This document shows positions 63,085 through 64,000 of a DNA stretch of 64,000 nt, in pieces. The stretch's first letter is position 1. Each line of letters opens with the position of its first letter. Source of the stretch: Raillietiella orientalis (taxonomy: Eukaryota). The notes beneath the pieces were generated by a model. It had not been told where the DNA came from. It did no database searches and was given only the letters and a program-made list of their open reading frames with translations. Position numbers and translations under genes: made by a program. The DNA is taken from NCBI GenBank assembly GCA_036172245.1, contig JAYWIR010000011.1:2790001-2854000 (forward strand). The letters run 5' to 3'.

Positions 63085-63690
63085 TCACTCACTGATTCCC
63101 CGTGCACTGACTCAGTTGCTCTGGGATCTTGGTTCAGAACCTTATACTTCCATCCTTCCGATCCACCATCCCGCAAATTCATCACGTTTGCAATCGGCGG
63201 ATCTCCGCACACGTGCCACATGTTGCCAAGCAAAAGGGCAACGCGAACCTGAGATGCTGGCCGAAGCCAGATGCTGAACAGCGCCTGCAGCAGCAGGTGA
63301 TGCTGTCGAAGGAAAGATCCGAGGAGCTTGGATCCGCGGCCCGGCACATGGGGAACGGCATTTCGATCTCTCCCTCTGTACGTGGGTTCACCGATGAGGG
63401 AAGGACACATCTGCTCAGGCTGCGCGCCAGCTCTCACGCCGGTGGTCTTTCAGTGCGATTTCGGAACTTCCGAGCGCCAGCAAACACACTGCACATGCAT
63501 CAACTCCTTCAAAGTAACGGAAGCGAACGTCGCTCCAGAAATCTGAAAGGACCATCCTCCGCGTACGGGTGAGGGAGGAATAAGGAATTCGTGCGCCCAA
63601 TGGCTGTAAAAAAACGCGGTTAGCAACGGTTCGTTTACCCAGGCAGCAATGATTCATTCGTACACCACCGATGGCGGCCACATCAGTGCC
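63085..63690 (+). mobile_element. Ty3/gypsy-like integrase relic (zinc-binding and core start)
   Basis: LIPRALTQLL...HHP...LRTRATCCQAK (VP..LR..L..H..H..C..CQ..K-like), then ISI...G...GRTHLL. Confidence 0.4.
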
Positions 63691-64000
63691 TACTTCATGA
63701 GCAGGCCTGCACCTACATTCTGGATCTATTGAGTCCCTCTGGAAAAAGGAGTCGAGAAAACCACAGCGGTAGTGGAAAAAAGATTGCAGTGTGCAGGGGG
63801 AAAAAAAAAAAAAAAAAAAAAAAGCAGCAACACCAACAACTACTTTAACAACACCTGACTGAATAAGCTGGTGGTTAATGGTTACTTACAAACTGCCGCT
63901 GCGCAGACGTGATTCAACATGATCTACTTCACCTTCCCCACGTTCACAGTCAGTCCCGCCGACCAACTGAAAATCTACTGCTTTAACATCCACAAGCATT

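Noticed and set aside
1..64000. CRISPR array, rRNA or prokaryotic operon
   Set aside because: No regularly spaced repeats, no rRNA motifs and no dense coding structure; the content is eukaryotic retroelement debris.

Overview
Eukaryotic, GC- and CpG-rich, almost gene-free window that reads as a graveyard of decayed retroelements. I cannot identify the host. No intact protein-coding gene, rRNA, functional tRNA or CRISPR array is supported, and nearly all long ORFs in the track are shadow ORFs of GC-rich sequence. What can be supported: (i) many frameshifted L1-type non-LTR fragments (APE endonuclease, a clear YADD reverse transcriptase at 40.5-41.9 kb, C-terminal zinc-finger pieces), several nested; (ii) at least four fragments of an RLE-type (NeSL/Utopia-like) non-LTR element, best preserved at 19.2-19.8 kb and 42.4-42.9 kb, with no intact U2 snRNA gene nearby; (iii) four diverged copies of a long (~0.75 kb) SINE with a tRNA-Val-like head; (iv) an unclassified repeat family in three copies, including a recent ~0.93 kb duplication; (v) in the less GC-rich last ~6 kb, a possible decayed spliced gene with a Nab2-type CCCH-like motif, two Ty3/gypsy-like integrase relics and a short LTR-like unit; (vi) several striking local hairpins. 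All motif calls were made by eye, and boundaries of degenerate elements are approximate.
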